In this document: piece by piece, positions 1-10,471 of the stretch
How positions within the stretch are numbered: position 1 is the first letter of the stretch
How the letters are laid out: each line of letters starts with the position of its first letter
Assembly: GCA_964572965.1 (NCBI GenBank)
Contig: CAZNHL010000001.1
Span: forward strand, 58,109-122,108
DNA length: 64,000 bases
Origin: an uncultured Bifidobacteriaceae bacterium
Lineage (GTDB): Bacteria > Bacteroidota > Bacteroidia > Cytophagales > UBA9547
Direction of reading: 5' to 3'
Notes under the pieces: generated by a model
The model's input: the letters and a program-made list of their open reading frames with translations, nothing else
What the model was told of the DNA's origin: nothing
The model's database searches: none
Translations under genes and position numbers: made by a program

Positions 1-728
1 ATATCAAATGTGCTTGCTGCAAAGTGAAAATCTGTCTTTATCAAAGCAGTAGGAATAAACTCCACAGCATAATTAAGTCTAAATGAATAACCCAGAGTTA
101 AATACGCGTGTTTAGATAAGGTACCCCTACCGGACAAATTGTAATCGAACTTTGGATTATTAATATTGTTGACGCCTAAACCGGCATAGAACTTTTCAGC
201 CTTATACCATATACCTCCATCAATATCTGGCTTCGTCTGACTGACTACACCGTCGGGGATTAAAGCATCATTTGCCTGCCCTGCTTTGTATTGCGAACCA
301 TCGAGTTTAGTATTATAGATCCCACCCCTTAAACCAATACCTAGTTTTGCATTTCCGATCTTCATAATATATGAATAGGACAAACCGGCTTTTAGATTAT
401 TAACAGGCCCATACTTGTCATTCATAACAGTAAGTCCTAAACCTCCATGAATTTTTTGAAAAGGTAATGAGGCGTTCAGGAGTTGGGAATTGGGCTGGCC
501 TCCATTAAATGCATCTCCAGAATTGCCTGTAACCTGATAACCTACCCACTGAGTTCTGGCAATAAGACTTACTTCCGGCTGATTAGTTATTCCGGCATAC
601 GCAGGGTTAAAATAGAGATTGCTAAACATGTATTGAGAAAAATGAGCTTCCTGCTGCGCAAAGACTGCAATCGAGCTCCAAAACATGCTAACAATAAAGA
701 ATATAGTTACCTTAAAGAAATGATTCAT
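1..728 (-). CDS. Type IX secretion system membrane protein, PorP/SprF family (3' end cut by window edge)
   Basis: Absent from the ORF track because it runs off the window. A reverse-strand ATG at 726-728 gives MNHFFKVTIFFIVSMFWSSIAVFAQQEAHFSQYMFSNLYFNPAYAGITNQ..., a signal peptide followed by the FSQY...NPAYAG hallmark of PorP/SprF. I checked that the frame is open over 481-728 and 1-68; the stretch 69-480 was not translated. Confidence 0.75.
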   Translation of the reverse strand, partial: MNHFFKVTIFFIVSMFWSSIAVFAQQEAHFSQYMFSNLYFNPAYAGITNQPEVSLIARTQWVGYQVTGNSGDAFNGGQPNSQLLNASLPFQKIHGGLGLTVMNDKYGPVNNLKAGLSYSYIMKIGNAKLGIGLRGGIYNTKLDGSQYKAGQANDALIPDGVVSQTKPDIDGGIWYKAEKFYAGLGVNNINNPKFDYNLSGRGTLSKHAYLTLGYSFRLNYAVEFIPTALIKTDFHFAASTFD

Positions 729-781
729 AGTAAAAAGAAAACCTAATTTTGCAAAATCATTCCATTAAGGCAACTATTAAT

Positions 782-1573
782 TTATTTTTTGATTTTATTG
801 GCCTTAATAATATACTGTTCTAAAGCTCCAGTCATTGAAGGTGCATTTGGCAACGGAGCTTCTATATCCAAAATCAATGATGCGTCTTTCACCGCCTTAG
901 CAGTAGTTGGTCCGAAAGCAGCAATTCTAGTCTTCTCCTGAACGAAGTTCGGGAAGTTTTTGAAAAGAGAACTCACACCTGATGGGCTAAAAAACGCAAT
1001 AATATCATACTTGATATCCTTCAGTTCTGACAAATCGCTTGCAACTGTTTCATAAATCACAGCCTCTGAAAATTTAAAGTCATTCTCAGCCATAAATAAT
1101 GGAATATCTTCCTTCCTTATATTTGAACAAGGGAATAAGAAAGTCTCCTCTTTATGCTTCTTTATAATTTCAATTAGATCTGCTGCAGTCTTTTGGCCTA
1201 CAAAGACTTTTCTCTTTCTTACTACTATATACTTTTGTAAGTAATTAGCAGTCTGCTCAGAAATACAAAAGTATTTATAGTCTGCAGGTAATTCCAATTT
1301 AGCTTCCTGACAGATCTTAAAGAAATGATCTACTGCATTTCTACTGGTAAAAATAACTGCTGTATGTGCAAGGATCTCTATTTTTTGCTTTCTAAACTCC
1401 TTGTAGGATAATCCCTCTACTTGGATAAACGGATAGAAATCAATTTTTAGATTGTATTTGCTGGCAAGTTGAAAATAAGGAGACTTATCATCAGCAGGTT
1501 TAGGCTGGCTTACAAGAATGCTTGTTACCTTAGTATACCTATCCTGAATGATTGTTGAATCTGAAGTACTCAT
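782..1573 (-). CDS. hemD: Uroporphyrinogen-III synthase (HemD family)
   Basis: 263 aa. The two-lobe HEM4-like pattern (IFTSRNAVDHFF ... IAFFSPSGVSSLF ... AAFGPTTAKAV) is typical of Bacteroidota HemD. Confidence 0.7.
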   Translation of the reverse strand: MSTSDSTIIQDRYTKVTSILVSQPKPADDKSPYFQLASKYNLKIDFYPFIQVEGLSYKEFRKQKIEILAHTAVIFTSRNAVDHFFKICQEAKLELPADYKYFCISEQTANYLQKYIVVRKRKVFVGQKTAADLIEIIKKHKEETFLFPCSNIRKEDIPLFMAENDFKFSEAVIYETVASDLSELKDIKYDIIAFFSPSGVSSLFKNFPNFVQEKTRIAAFGPTTAKAVKDASLILDIEAPLPNAPSMTGALEQYIIKANKIKK

Positions 1574-1601
1574 ATAAGTGCTTTAGAATTTAAATAGATA
1601 A

Positions 1602-2762
1602 TTATAGGTTTAGGAAATAACCTACCTGAAAGTAAATTCTGTAAAAAAACATTACAGGTAGAATTTCGGTAATGCAAAGGTACGAAATTAAATACATATT
1701 CTGAAAAGTGCTGGCCTTTTTTAACATGAATCCAATCTTTAGTATTAGCATTAACAAAAGTGCAAATGCACAATAATCAAATACAACCCGGCTAATTGAA
1801 GGTAAAACGGCAAATGGTGAAAAGAACAATAACGTCATCAGAAACATTGCCAATGAAAAAATCAGAGTTAATCGAAGAAATTCAAAGTATTGAACTTTTA
1901 CTAATTTAGGAACGTCAAAAACGAATCCACAGATCTGCAAAAAAACATATTTAGCAGCATATCCCATTAACAATAAGGTACTCAGACTAAGCACTTCCCC
2001 TATAAATGACTTTTCAATTAAAGAGGGGTTCCTATAATAGCCTGTAATAATAACCATACTCATACACACACAATTCAGTATCATATAAATGATCTGAAAT
2101 TTATCTAAGTCACTGTGAGCATTTAATTCATCCATACGTTCCCTTCCTATCAGGCTTTTCGGATTATATATGTATACAAAGGTCGTATATGAAGCATATT
2201 TTTGAAAAATATAGGCAGCACATACAAAAAGAATCATTAAGAGATAGTAACTCGAATAATTGATATTGTCTCTAGGAATAACCAAAACCTCATTTGAATC
2301 GGCCTGTAAAGATTCGTTACCATTCAAAACATGCTTAACTGATACTATCGATGTAGATTTAAAAGGAAGAATATCTTTGGGTCCAACGAAAGTGAGTAGT
2401 ACTCTTTTATCCTTCTTTACTTTATTCAGTAAATCATAAGATATTTCGTCATAACCTTCTGTAAAGTAATTTTTATATATCTTATTATCAAAAAAAACAG
2501 ACAACCCTCTTGAAGCATAATATCTTACAAATAAACCTTTATACTCTAAAGGATCTATTAATAAACTAATTGTATTATGATTTTTATGGCGGCTATTTAT
2601 ATAGGGGACATAAGCATCATATTTTTCATCATAAACTTGCCATTGATCGCTTAATGACTTTATTGGGAAATAAACATTTTCGGCATAGGCAGTAATATTC
2701 ATTAACAATGTAAAAAACACTGTTAATGTAATCACCCAATTTGTAATTAACCTACAATGCAT
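1602..2762 (-). CDS. Multi-pass membrane protein, DUF4271-like
   Basis: 386 aa, with an N-terminal signal/anchor, a soluble domain of about 170 aa, then 5-6 hydrophobic helices. Its position directly upstream of hemD matches the common DUF4271-hemD synteny in Bacteroidota. Confidence 0.5.
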   Translation of the reverse strand: MHCRLITNWVITLTVFFTLLMNITAYAENVYFPIKSLSDQWQVYDEKYDAYVPYINSRHKNHNTISLLIDPLEYKGLFVRYYASRGLSVFFDNKIYKNYFTEGYDEISYDLLNKVKKDKRVLLTFVGPKDILPFKSTSIVSVKHVLNGNESLQADSNEVLVIPRDNINYSSYYLLMILFVCAAYIFQKYASYTTFVYIYNPKSLIGRERMDELNAHSDLDKFQIIYMILNCVCMSMVIITGYYRNPSLIEKSFIGEVLSLSTLLLMGYAAKYVFLQICGFVFDVPKLVKVQYFEFLRLTLIFSLAMFLMTLLFFSPFAVLPSISRVVFDYCAFALLLMLILKIGFMLKKASTFQNMYLISYLCITEILPVMFFYRIYFQVGYFLNL

Positions 2763-3783
2763 TTTTTCTCTTTGGTAAAACCTCCAGTAATATCGTCAAT
2801 AGCAAAGACAACACAGCTAATCCTAATACCCAAATATTGATATTAATCCACGAAAAGTAAAAGCCCAGGATCATCACCACAATGTTAAGTCCACAAAGAA
2901 TTGTAATTGTTTGGGGTTGTGAACATCCTGCATCTATCAATCGATGATGTAAATGATTCTTATCTGGAGTAAACGGAGAAATGCCTCGAAATATCCTTAA
3001 TGCAAAAACTCTCAACGTATCAAATAAAGGGACATAAACCACCACCAATGCCAAAACACCTGTATTTATGTTTTCAACAAATTTCATCTCGATGAGCTGT
3101 ACCACCAAAACTGAAATGATAAAGCCGCATATAAGTGATCCGGAATCTCCCATAAAAACAATTGCCTTATGTACATTGTAACGGAGGAAACCCAAAATAC
3201 TTCCTGCAAGACAAAATGCGACCGAAGCATAAAGGAAGGTATCACCAACTGCATAAACATGAAAGTAAACCCCTAATGATAAACTGACTATCAGTACTAT
3301 TGAACCAGCCAAACCATCTAAACCGTCGATAAGATTAAATGAATTCGTAATACCGATTATTACCAGAAAAGTAAAAGCATAGCTAATTCCTTGCTCCAGT
3401 TCATTAATACCAAGGAAACCATGCAAACTGGTAATACGCACATCACCAATAAAGATAACTACCCCTGCTGCCAGTACTTGCACGAAGAATTTCTTAAAAG
3501 CAGATACTGTGACAATATCATCCTTTAATCCTATAAAGAAAATGAGAATGCAGCCGGCAAGCATTTCCTGAATGCTACGGGAAAGTGTCCCAAAGATGGT
3601 AAGCGCAGATACAAACCCTGCAAAGATCGCCAGCCCCCCTAAACGAGGTGTTAACAGTTCATGCACAGTCCGATTGTTGGGTGTATCAAGTAAGTTTTTT
3701 TTGTGAGCAACCTGAATAATTGATGGGATTGCAAATACCCCAATCAAAAATGCCCAGGAAAAACACAGAATATATTCTAGCAT
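2752..3783 (-). CDS. Glycosyltransferase family 4 polyprenyl-phosphate sugar-1-phosphate transferase (WecA/MraY-like)
   Basis: 343 aa polytopic membrane protein with the NLIDGLDGLA motif, the DSGS motif and a C-terminal HHR motif characteristic of the MraY/WecA family. Confidence 0.8.
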   Translation of the reverse strand: MLEYILCFSWAFLIGVFAIPSIIQVAHKKNLLDTPNNRTVHELLTPRLGGLAIFAGFVSALTIFGTLSRSIQEMLAGCILIFFIGLKDDIVTVSAFKKFFVQVLAAGVVIFIGDVRITSLHGFLGINELEQGISYAFTFLVIIGITNSFNLIDGLDGLAGSIVLIVSLSLGVYFHVYAVGDTFLYASVAFCLAGSILGFLRYNVHKAIVFMGDSGSLICGFIISVLVVQLIEMKFVENINTGVLALVVVYVPLFDTLRVFALRIFRGISPFTPDKNHLHHRLIDAGCSQPQTITILCGLNIVVMILGFYFSWININIWVLGLAVLSLLLTILLEVLPKRKNAL

Positions 3784-3862
3784 TTAATCAAATAGGGTTC
3801 TTTCTACAAATTAACACAATTGCCTTAGCATTAGCACTAAAATGATTAAGAATGTTTAAATC

Positions 3863-5613
3863 TTAAAAGCGACTTACAAAACCAAAGTGAATTTTAGATT
3901 GAGTAAAAGTTAGTAGTTGAGTATTTGACTTCCCTAAAGCATAGATAAAATTGAAGATACCGGCCGGAGTAGTAAAGCTAATACCCGCTCCTAAACCCAA
4001 AGGATGATCTTCCTGGAATGTACTTGCAGGAAGATTAAACATATAATAGCCCTGATCTGCAAAGAGTAATAAATAGGAAGATGCATCAAAATATTGCCGA
4101 AACTCTATTGTACCTACTCCATATTGTTGCGCATAAAAAGCATTTTCATTGAATCCCCTTAATAGTTTCAGCCCCCCTATTCTATACAGATCATTTATAT
4201 ACAAAAGATTGCCACTATTACTAAGATAACCACACCTGCCTCTTAAAAGAACCACACTTCCTTTCCCTAATCTGAAATACTCTTCCAAATCAGCCAAAAT
4301 CCCATACTGAACAGTAGACAGAGGGATAGAATCATATAAAGCGTCATTTTTAATCGCCGAGTTTCTTCTAATATTCTTCTGCCCAACAGTGCCTGAAAAG
4401 GTCATACGTGTTCCTCTTTTGGGATAAAACACATCATCAAGATTGTTCCAGGCATAACCTAAGCCTAAATATTGATAATTAAAATCAGATACAGATGGTA
4501 AACTTGTTACATTTTGATATTGAGCAGTACTTCCGATTCTGGATGTTTTAACACCTGTAAAAAATGAAAGTTTTCCCCACCTTTCAAATTTGTTGCCAAT
4601 CCGATTGTCCAATTGACATTGAAGAATGTAGAATCCTGCTTCAGCAAGTTAAAGTCGGCTTTCAATTCCAGGTTCGTTCCCAAAAGATTAGGATTGACAA
4701 AATCCAAATCCAGTTTTTGTGATTGTGTTTGAAACTTCTCCCACTCACCTTTCAGAACCTTACCTGTACCGAATAAATTATATAATGCCAGATTAAACTG
4801 ACCTGTAACCAGCAACTTTTTGTCGGTTCCGGTATTCGGGAGTAATCCTAAAATGCCATCAACCTGATTTGCCTTCTTATCTTCTACAAAAATATTGAGA
4901 TAGGCTTTCTTATCTTTAAATATCACAAAGCTTCGGCCCTTCATGTTTAAAAATGGCAATTGCCTTAGAAGTTTATCCGCATCATCCACCCTTGACTGAA
5001 CAAACGGCTGCCCTTTCTGAACTCGAAGGTATTTTGTAAAAAATCGTTGTTTTGTTTTTGTTATACCATTTATAGCAATAGTATCGAAAGTAATGTATGG
5101 CCCCTTTTCCAATTTTAGAGTTCCGTTGAACTTCCCTTGCTTTATAAGAAGGGAATCTAACCAAACCGCTGCAAATGGATAACCTTCATTTTCCAGATTT
5201 TCGATGAGCTTTTTCTCTATCCTGGCAACTTCTTCATATCTGAATGGCTTACCTGAGAAAAACCGCTCACTGTAGCCCATCTTATTTAGAGTTTGTCTAT
5301 CTATATTTCCTTTCTTTAGTTTTACCCAATGGTATTTATCCCCACTATAAATATAAACCCTCCAGCCGGTAGGTGTTTTAACAACAGAATCTATAGTTGC
5401 CTCTAAATATGAGTGCCCATGTAATGAAACTATAAGCATATTCAACTCTTTGGCCATTGTTAAAGAGTCAGCCGGCTTTTTATTGATCCTGAACTTTGCC
5501 AACAATTCTGGTTTGTCAAGTACTAGTTCCATTACAGGAAGCTGCTTCTGTGCAAAACCTGTAACAGTCGCCAGAAAAATGAAAAACGTTATTTTAGCTA
5601 TATTTGTAAACAA
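3863..5613 (-). pseudogene. Omp85/BamA-family outer membrane protein (POTRA + D15 barrel) split by a frameshift
   Basis: Two ORFs (5613..4507 and 4612..3863) overlap by 106 nt in different frames. The upstream part has a signal peptide (MFTNIAKITFFIFLATVTGFAQ) and POTRA-like repeats. The downstream part is a beta-barrel ending in the OMP signature ...IHFGFVSRF. Together they code for about 583 aa. Confidence 0.7.
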
Positions 5614-5643
5614 GTATCAGAATATTCTACCCAAATTAATCAA

Positions 5644-6768
5644 ATGGCTGGTATTTACATACACATCCCTTATTGTAAGCAAGCGTGTCATTATTGCGAT
5701 TTTCACTTCAGTACTAATCTTAACACCAAAACAGCACTCATTAATTGTATTGTTGAGGAGCTCCGAATTAGGAGTAACTACATAGATAACGAAACTATTG
5801 ATACCATTTATTTTGGAGGTGGAACACCATCTATAGCAACCAAAGAGGAAATTGCTATTATTCTTGAACAAATCCATACTATATATAATATAGGTTCATC
5901 AGTTGAAATTACGCTTGAAGCAAACCCCGACGACCTTAAAGCAGAAAAATTACAAGAATTAAAAAGTATTGGAATCAACAGGCTCAGTATAGGGGTTCAA
6001 AGTTTTAATGAACAACATTTAAAATATTTAAACAGAGCTCATAATAGCACTGAAGCTGCTAACTGTGTAAAATTAGCACAAAACTACGGCTTTGATAATA
6101 TTAGTATTGATTTGATTTATGGTATCCCATCTGCGGATCATTCCATCTGGGAAAATGATCTTACAACTGCAATAGAATTAGGTATAAAACACATTTCGGC
6201 CTACTGCCTTACCATTGAAGAAAAAACAACATTTGGAAACTGGCTTAAGAAGGGTAAAATCCCTCCAATAGAAGATGAGTTTTCTGCTCAACAATTTGAA
6301 ATGCTGTTGATTTCACTGGAAAAAGCCGGATTTGAACAATATGAAATTTCTAACTTTTCGCTTCCAGAACTCCATTCAAGACATAATAGTAACTATTGGA
6401 ATAACATCAATTATCTAGGTGTTGGTCCCGGAGCACACTCTTTCAATGGATTAAGCAGGCAGTATAACATCACCAATAATAGCAATTACATTAAAGGAGT
6501 TAGCATTGGCACCCCCTTCTTTGACAAAGAACTATTGACTGCCAAAGACCTACTTAATGAATATATTATGGTGCGTATCCGTACTAAATGGGGTATCGAT
6601 TTAAAAGAAATACATAACAGGTTTCATATTGATTTAATTAAGTCTATCCCTATTATCGATGAACACCTTTCTAAGCAACTTCTTCTACTCACGGAAGGCA
6701 GATTAACTTTATCAGGTAAAGGAAAACTTGTCGCCGATAAAATCACCCTGGATATGTTCTTTGAATAA
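5644..6768 (+). CDS. hemW: Radical SAM heme chaperone HemW / oxygen-independent coproporphyrinogen-III oxidase-like
   Basis: 374 aa with an N-terminal IHIPYCKQACHYCDF (CxxxCxxC radical SAM cluster), a GGGTPS motif and a HemN_C-like tail. Confidence 0.85.
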   Translation: MAGIYIHIPYCKQACHYCDFHFSTNLNTKTALINCIVEELRIRSNYIDNETIDTIYFGGGTPSIATKEEIAIILEQIHTIYNIGSSVEITLEANPDDLKAEKLQELKSIGINRLSIGVQSFNEQHLKYLNRAHNSTEAANCVKLAQNYGFDNISIDLIYGIPSADHSIWENDLTTAIELGIKHISAYCLTIEEKTTFGNWLKKGKIPPIEDEFSAQQFEMLLISLEKAGFEQYEISNFSLPELHSRHNSNYWNNINYLGVGPGAHSFNGLSRQYNITNNSNYIKGVSIGTPFFDKELLTAKDLLNEYIMVRIRTKWGIDLKEIHNRFHIDLIKSIPIIDEHLSKQLLLLTEGRLTLSGKGKLVADKITLDMFFE

Positions 6769-6825
6769 CAAATTTGGTCTTTATTGTAAAATAGCCTTAT
6801 TTTACATAGACTATAGCTTTATAAA

Positions 6826-7194
6826 ATGACTTCCGAGCAAAAAAAAGCTTACTTACTTACCCAATCGCTTGTGTTGCACCTTCATGATCTTGATGATGAT
6901 GAAAAAAAAATACTTGAAGGAAGTGCTATAAAAATAGACACGGATACAGAATTAAAATGGGTTGAACAGTTTATTGCCGAAAACTATGCAACAGCATTAG
7001 AAAGAGGTCGGTTTTACCTCAAATCCTCATTAGAAGGGACAGATAAACATTTCCTGACAAGCGTTATCAAGGGAACTTTAGAAGCCGTGCAAGAAAAAGG
7101 CTACATTACCGAGTCTGAAGCTGTAGCTATCCTAAAATTTGCACAAGACTGGCGGATTGAAACAGAACTCAAACAATTGATGAACCAATTTTAA
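6826..7194 (+). CDS. Hypothetical small acidic cytoplasmic protein
   Basis: 122 aa ORF, helical and acidic, with no recognised motif. Codon usage looks consistent with its neighbours. Confidence 0.45.
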   Translation: MTSEQKKAYLLTQSLVLHLHDLDDDEKKILEGSAIKIDTDTELKWVEQFIAENYATALERGRFYLKSSLEGTDKHFLTSVIKGTLEAVQEKGYITESEAVAILKFAQDWRIETELKQLMNQF

Positions 7195-7200
7195 AAATTA

Positions 7201-7995
7201 ATGAAACTCACAAAATCAATTATACTTTTTTTACCTTTTGTTTTCATACTTTTAAATGGATGCATACCTTTTGGTAATTACCATTATGTTAGGCCGAAAC
7301 ACGCTAAAGATGAGACTATAGTTAGAGACTCAAGTCCTGTTTACATAATTATGCCTGGAAGCTATTTGAGAATAGATGTGAGAACCAACTCATTATCTGA
7401 CGATGATATTTTTCAAAGAGAAATTCAACTCTCCACAAGAACACAAACAACTCAAGGAATGATGTCCCCCTATCTCACAGGCTATGTTGTAAATGACAGT
7501 GGTCAGGTAAATCTTCCTCTTGCAGGAAAAATAATGTTGAAAGGTTTGACTTTAAGTCAGGCAAATGACACAATAACTGCCCATCTGAACAAATATCTTA
7601 ACTATGTTACGGTTACAACAAAATGTGCAGGTATTGTAATATCTACATTGGGAGAATTCAGATCAGTGGGTAGAGTAATTATACCTTATGATAAAGCTAA
7701 CATTCTTGAGGCAGTCTCTCAATGCGGAGACCTTACAGAATTTGGAAATAAAAGCAAATTGAAAATAATTCGTCAGTCAAGTGACCGCAAAAGTACTCAA
7801 ATTATTACCGTCGATATTTCCAACAGGGATATCATCAAATCTCCTTATTACTATATCCAACCCAATGACATATTATATGCAGAACCTTTCTTTGCTAAAG
7901 CTTTTCAAAGAAATTCGGCCTTTTTCATGAGTCTATTCGGCCTTGTGGGGGCACTCACTGGTGTCGTTGCCCTAATCAATGTTAATTCTCGCTAA
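7201..7995 (+). CDS. Polysaccharide export outer membrane protein (Wza-like, Poly_export + SLBB)
   Basis: 264 aa with a lipoprotein-like signal (LLNGC), a Y.I.PGD-like motif (YIIMPGSYLRIDV) and a hydrophobic C-terminal helix. It is a paralog of 61893..62708 and sits directly upstream of a Wzc-like gene. Confidence 0.8.
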   Translation: MKLTKSIILFLPFVFILLNGCIPFGNYHYVRPKHAKDETIVRDSSPVYIIMPGSYLRIDVRTNSLSDDDIFQREIQLSTRTQTTQGMMSPYLTGYVVNDSGQVNLPLAGKIMLKGLTLSQANDTITAHLNKYLNYVTVTTKCAGIVISTLGEFRSVGRVIIPYDKANILEAVSQCGDLTEFGNKSKLKIIRQSSDRKSTQIITVDISNRDIIKSPYYYIQPNDILYAEPFFAKAFQRNSAFFMSLFGLVGALTGVVALINVNSR

Positions 7996-8011
7996 ATAAT
8001 TCATCTGCTCA

Positions 8012-10471
8012 GTGGAAAATAAAGAAGCTTCTTCACAAAATCTAATAATTGAGGTTAAAAAAATCTTTTTTAACGTACTAAAATACTGGTATTTATTTTT
8101 AGGATCTTACCTAATTTGCACATTTGTTGCAAAACAATACTTAAAGTACTTACAACCAAGGTATAGTGCAAGTACAACCCTCATTTTAAAAGACATAAAG
8201 AACACCAGAAATAGCTCTAACCCAGAAGGTTTTATACAAGGTTCCCAGCTTCTGAATATGGGAAGGTCTGTTAATAACGAATTAGATATTATTAAATCCT
8301 ATGATATCGTTAATAAAGCTATTACGAAACTTAATTTTGATGTTTCGTACTTTATTAAAGGTAATATCAAAACAGGGGAACTTTACAAAAATGCGCCATA
8401 TAAAGTTGTATTAGATTCTAGCACGTTTCAAACGATAGGAGTTCCGTTTTTTTGGAAAGTAACAAGTGATAGCACTTATTCTATATACCAGAAAGAAAAG
8501 AGTTCAGGCTTTTTTAGTTTTTTGCTAAAAGACCCTGATGATAATATTCATTTAGCCAATGGCGTATTTGGTAAGACCTGCCAATCTCCTTATTTCAATA
8601 TTACCATTGAAAAAACTGCTTTTACTCCTTCCAAACCTAATTCAGATGTCGAGTATTATTTTGTAATAAATGATATGGTGGCATTAACCTATAGCTATCT
8701 AAGTAAAACTTCTGCCGACCAAACTAGTAAAACTTCTTCTACAATTCGGGTTAGCACTTCCGGCCCTGTATTGGAAAAGGAAATAGATTACCTAAATACA
8801 CTTAGTGATGTCTATATACAATCAAATCTTGCAGAAAAAAATCAAATTGCTAACAACACCATTGAGTTTATAGACAATTTATTGTTTGGAATTAAAGATT
8901 CTTTAAAGGGAGTAGAAAATCAATTACATAATTTCAGGGCATCGGCTCAAACGCTGGATTTATCAGTAGCTTCAACCAAAGCTCTCGCACGACTGGAGAA
9001 ACTTGAAGATGAACGTTCCGAAATATATCTCCAACAAAAGTATTATTATTACTTACTAAATTATATTGACAAAAATTACGACTTAAATAAACTGGTCATT
9101 CCATCAACTATTGGCATTGGAGATCCTGTTCTAGGAAAACTAATTGGAGATTTAGTTAACGATCAAAATAGTAAGGAAAACTTAAATTCTTCCGCCAAAG
9201 GCAGTAATCCCTCATTTGGGGTTTTAGATCTCAAAATCCAAACAACAAAAAAAGCACTTATAGAAAATATTAATAATATTATTCAAAACTCTAATATTAC
9301 TCTTAAAGACAACGAAAACAGGATTAATTTAATCAAAGCTGAACTTAACGGCTTACCAAATAAAGAAAGTGCTTATTTAAAGATACAGCGTAAATTCAGC
9401 ATGAACGACAATATCTATAACGACTTGTTGAAGAAACGTACTGAAGTAAGCATTGCCAGAGCTGCTAACACACCGGACCATAAAATTGCTAACAAAGCTT
9501 CTGCCTATACCTCTGGTATGATTTATCCTAATCCAGCCAAAATCAATTCCACAGCACTATTAATTGCCTTATTTCTTCCCGGCCTATTTGTTTTCTTCAA
9601 AGTATACATGAACGACACTATAAGTTCAGTAGCAGAACTGGAAAAGCATTCAGATGTACCGGTAATAGGTGTGATTACTCACTATAAAGGAGAATCATTA
9701 CATCCTGTTCTGACTCAACCGAAATCCTTGTTTGCAGAATCTTTACGTTCTCTAAGGTTGAACCTCCAATATGTTTTACCAGAGGCTAAAACCCAGATTA
9801 TTGGGGTTACCTCCACTATCAGTGGAGAAGGAAAGTCCTTCTTTTCTTCAAATTTAGCTACATCATTTGCTACTTCCGGTTCAAAAGTAGTGTTGATAGG
9901 TGCCGATCTTCGCAAACCTCGTTTGCATAAGATATTTGACCACGAAAACGAAAACGGGCTTTCAAACTACCTGATACACAAGGCTACGTTAACGGAAATT
10001 GTGAGTGCCACAGGTATAGAAAATCTTGACTTTATTTCTGCCGGCCCAATTCCTCCAAACCCAACTGAACTTCTTGAAAAAGATCAGTTACGCGTATTAG
10101 TTGAAGAGTTGTCAAACATCTATGATTATATCATTTTTGACGCACCACCGCTGGGCTTAGTGGCAGACTATTATCCTATTTCCAAACATGTCATAACAAA
10201 CTTATTTGTTGTCCGTGAACTGTATACTAAAACAATGATGATCAATGAGGTCAATAGAGTATTCCGAGAAAAAAAACTGACAAACCTTTCAATGATTCTG
10301 AACGATCATGACCTTAGTGCAAATCAGTATGGGTATGGTTACGGCTACGGATATGGTTATGGATATCACTACAAGTCAGACTACTATGATGAGCCTAAAA
10401 ACGAAACAATTCTTGAAAAGATAAAGACTTTTGTTACGAAACCATTCCAGAAAAAAAGCAATATAGGCTAA
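8012..10471 (+). CDS. Polysaccharide co-polymerase / BY-family tyrosine autokinase (Wzc/GumC-like)
   Basis: 819 aa with a GTG start. It has a Wzz-type N-terminal TM plus coiled-coil periplasmic domain and a second TM, then Walker A (GVTSTISGEGKS), Walker A' (VVLIGADLRKP), Walker B (YIIFDAPP) and a C-terminal Tyr cluster (YGYGYGYGYGYGYHYKSDYY). Confidence 0.85.
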   Translation: MENKEASSQNLIIEVKKIFFNVLKYWYLFLGSYLICTFVAKQYLKYLQPRYSASTTLILKDIKNTRNSSNPEGFIQGSQLLNMGRSVNNELDIIKSYDIVNKAITKLNFDVSYFIKGNIKTGELYKNAPYKVVLDSSTFQTIGVPFFWKVTSDSTYSIYQKEKSSGFFSFLLKDPDDNIHLANGVFGKTCQSPYFNITIEKTAFTPSKPNSDVEYYFVINDMVALTYSYLSKTSADQTSKTSSTIRVSTSGPVLEKEIDYLNTLSDVYIQSNLAEKNQIANNTIEFIDNLLFGIKDSLKGVENQLHNFRASAQTLDLSVASTKALARLEKLEDERSEIYLQQKYYYYLLNYIDKNYDLNKLVIPSTIGIGDPVLGKLIGDLVNDQNSKENLNSSAKGSNPSFGVLDLKIQTTKKALIENINNIIQNSNITLKDNENRINLIKAELNGLPNKESAYLKIQRKFSMNDNIYNDLLKKRTEVSIARAANTPDHKIANKASAYTSGMIYPNPAKINSTALLIALFLPGLFVFFKVYMNDTISSVAELEKHSDVPVIGVITHYKGESLHPVLTQPKSLFAESLRSLRLNLQYVLPEAKTQIIGVTSTISGEGKSFFSSNLATSFATSGSKVVLIGADLRKPRLHKIFDHENENGLSNYLIHKATLTEIVSATGIENLDFISAGPIPPNPTELLEKDQLRVLVEELSNIYDYIIFDAPPLGLVADYYPISKHVITNLFVVRELYTKTMMINEVNRVFREKKLTNLSMILNDHDLSANQYGYGYGYGYGYGYHYKSDYYDEPKNETILEKIKTFVTKPFQKKSNIG

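Noticed and set aside
483-746. 87-aa plus-strand ORF from the track
   Set aside because: It lies antisense within the much better supported PorP/SprF reading frame on the minus strand, and its sequence looks non-protein-like.
10328-10372. Hexanucleotide TAYGGN tandem repeat, considered as a possible SSR or CRISPR-like feature
   Set aside because: It is in frame within the Wzc-like gene and encodes the expected C-terminal Tyr-Gly cluster of BY-kinases. It is not a non-coding repeat.
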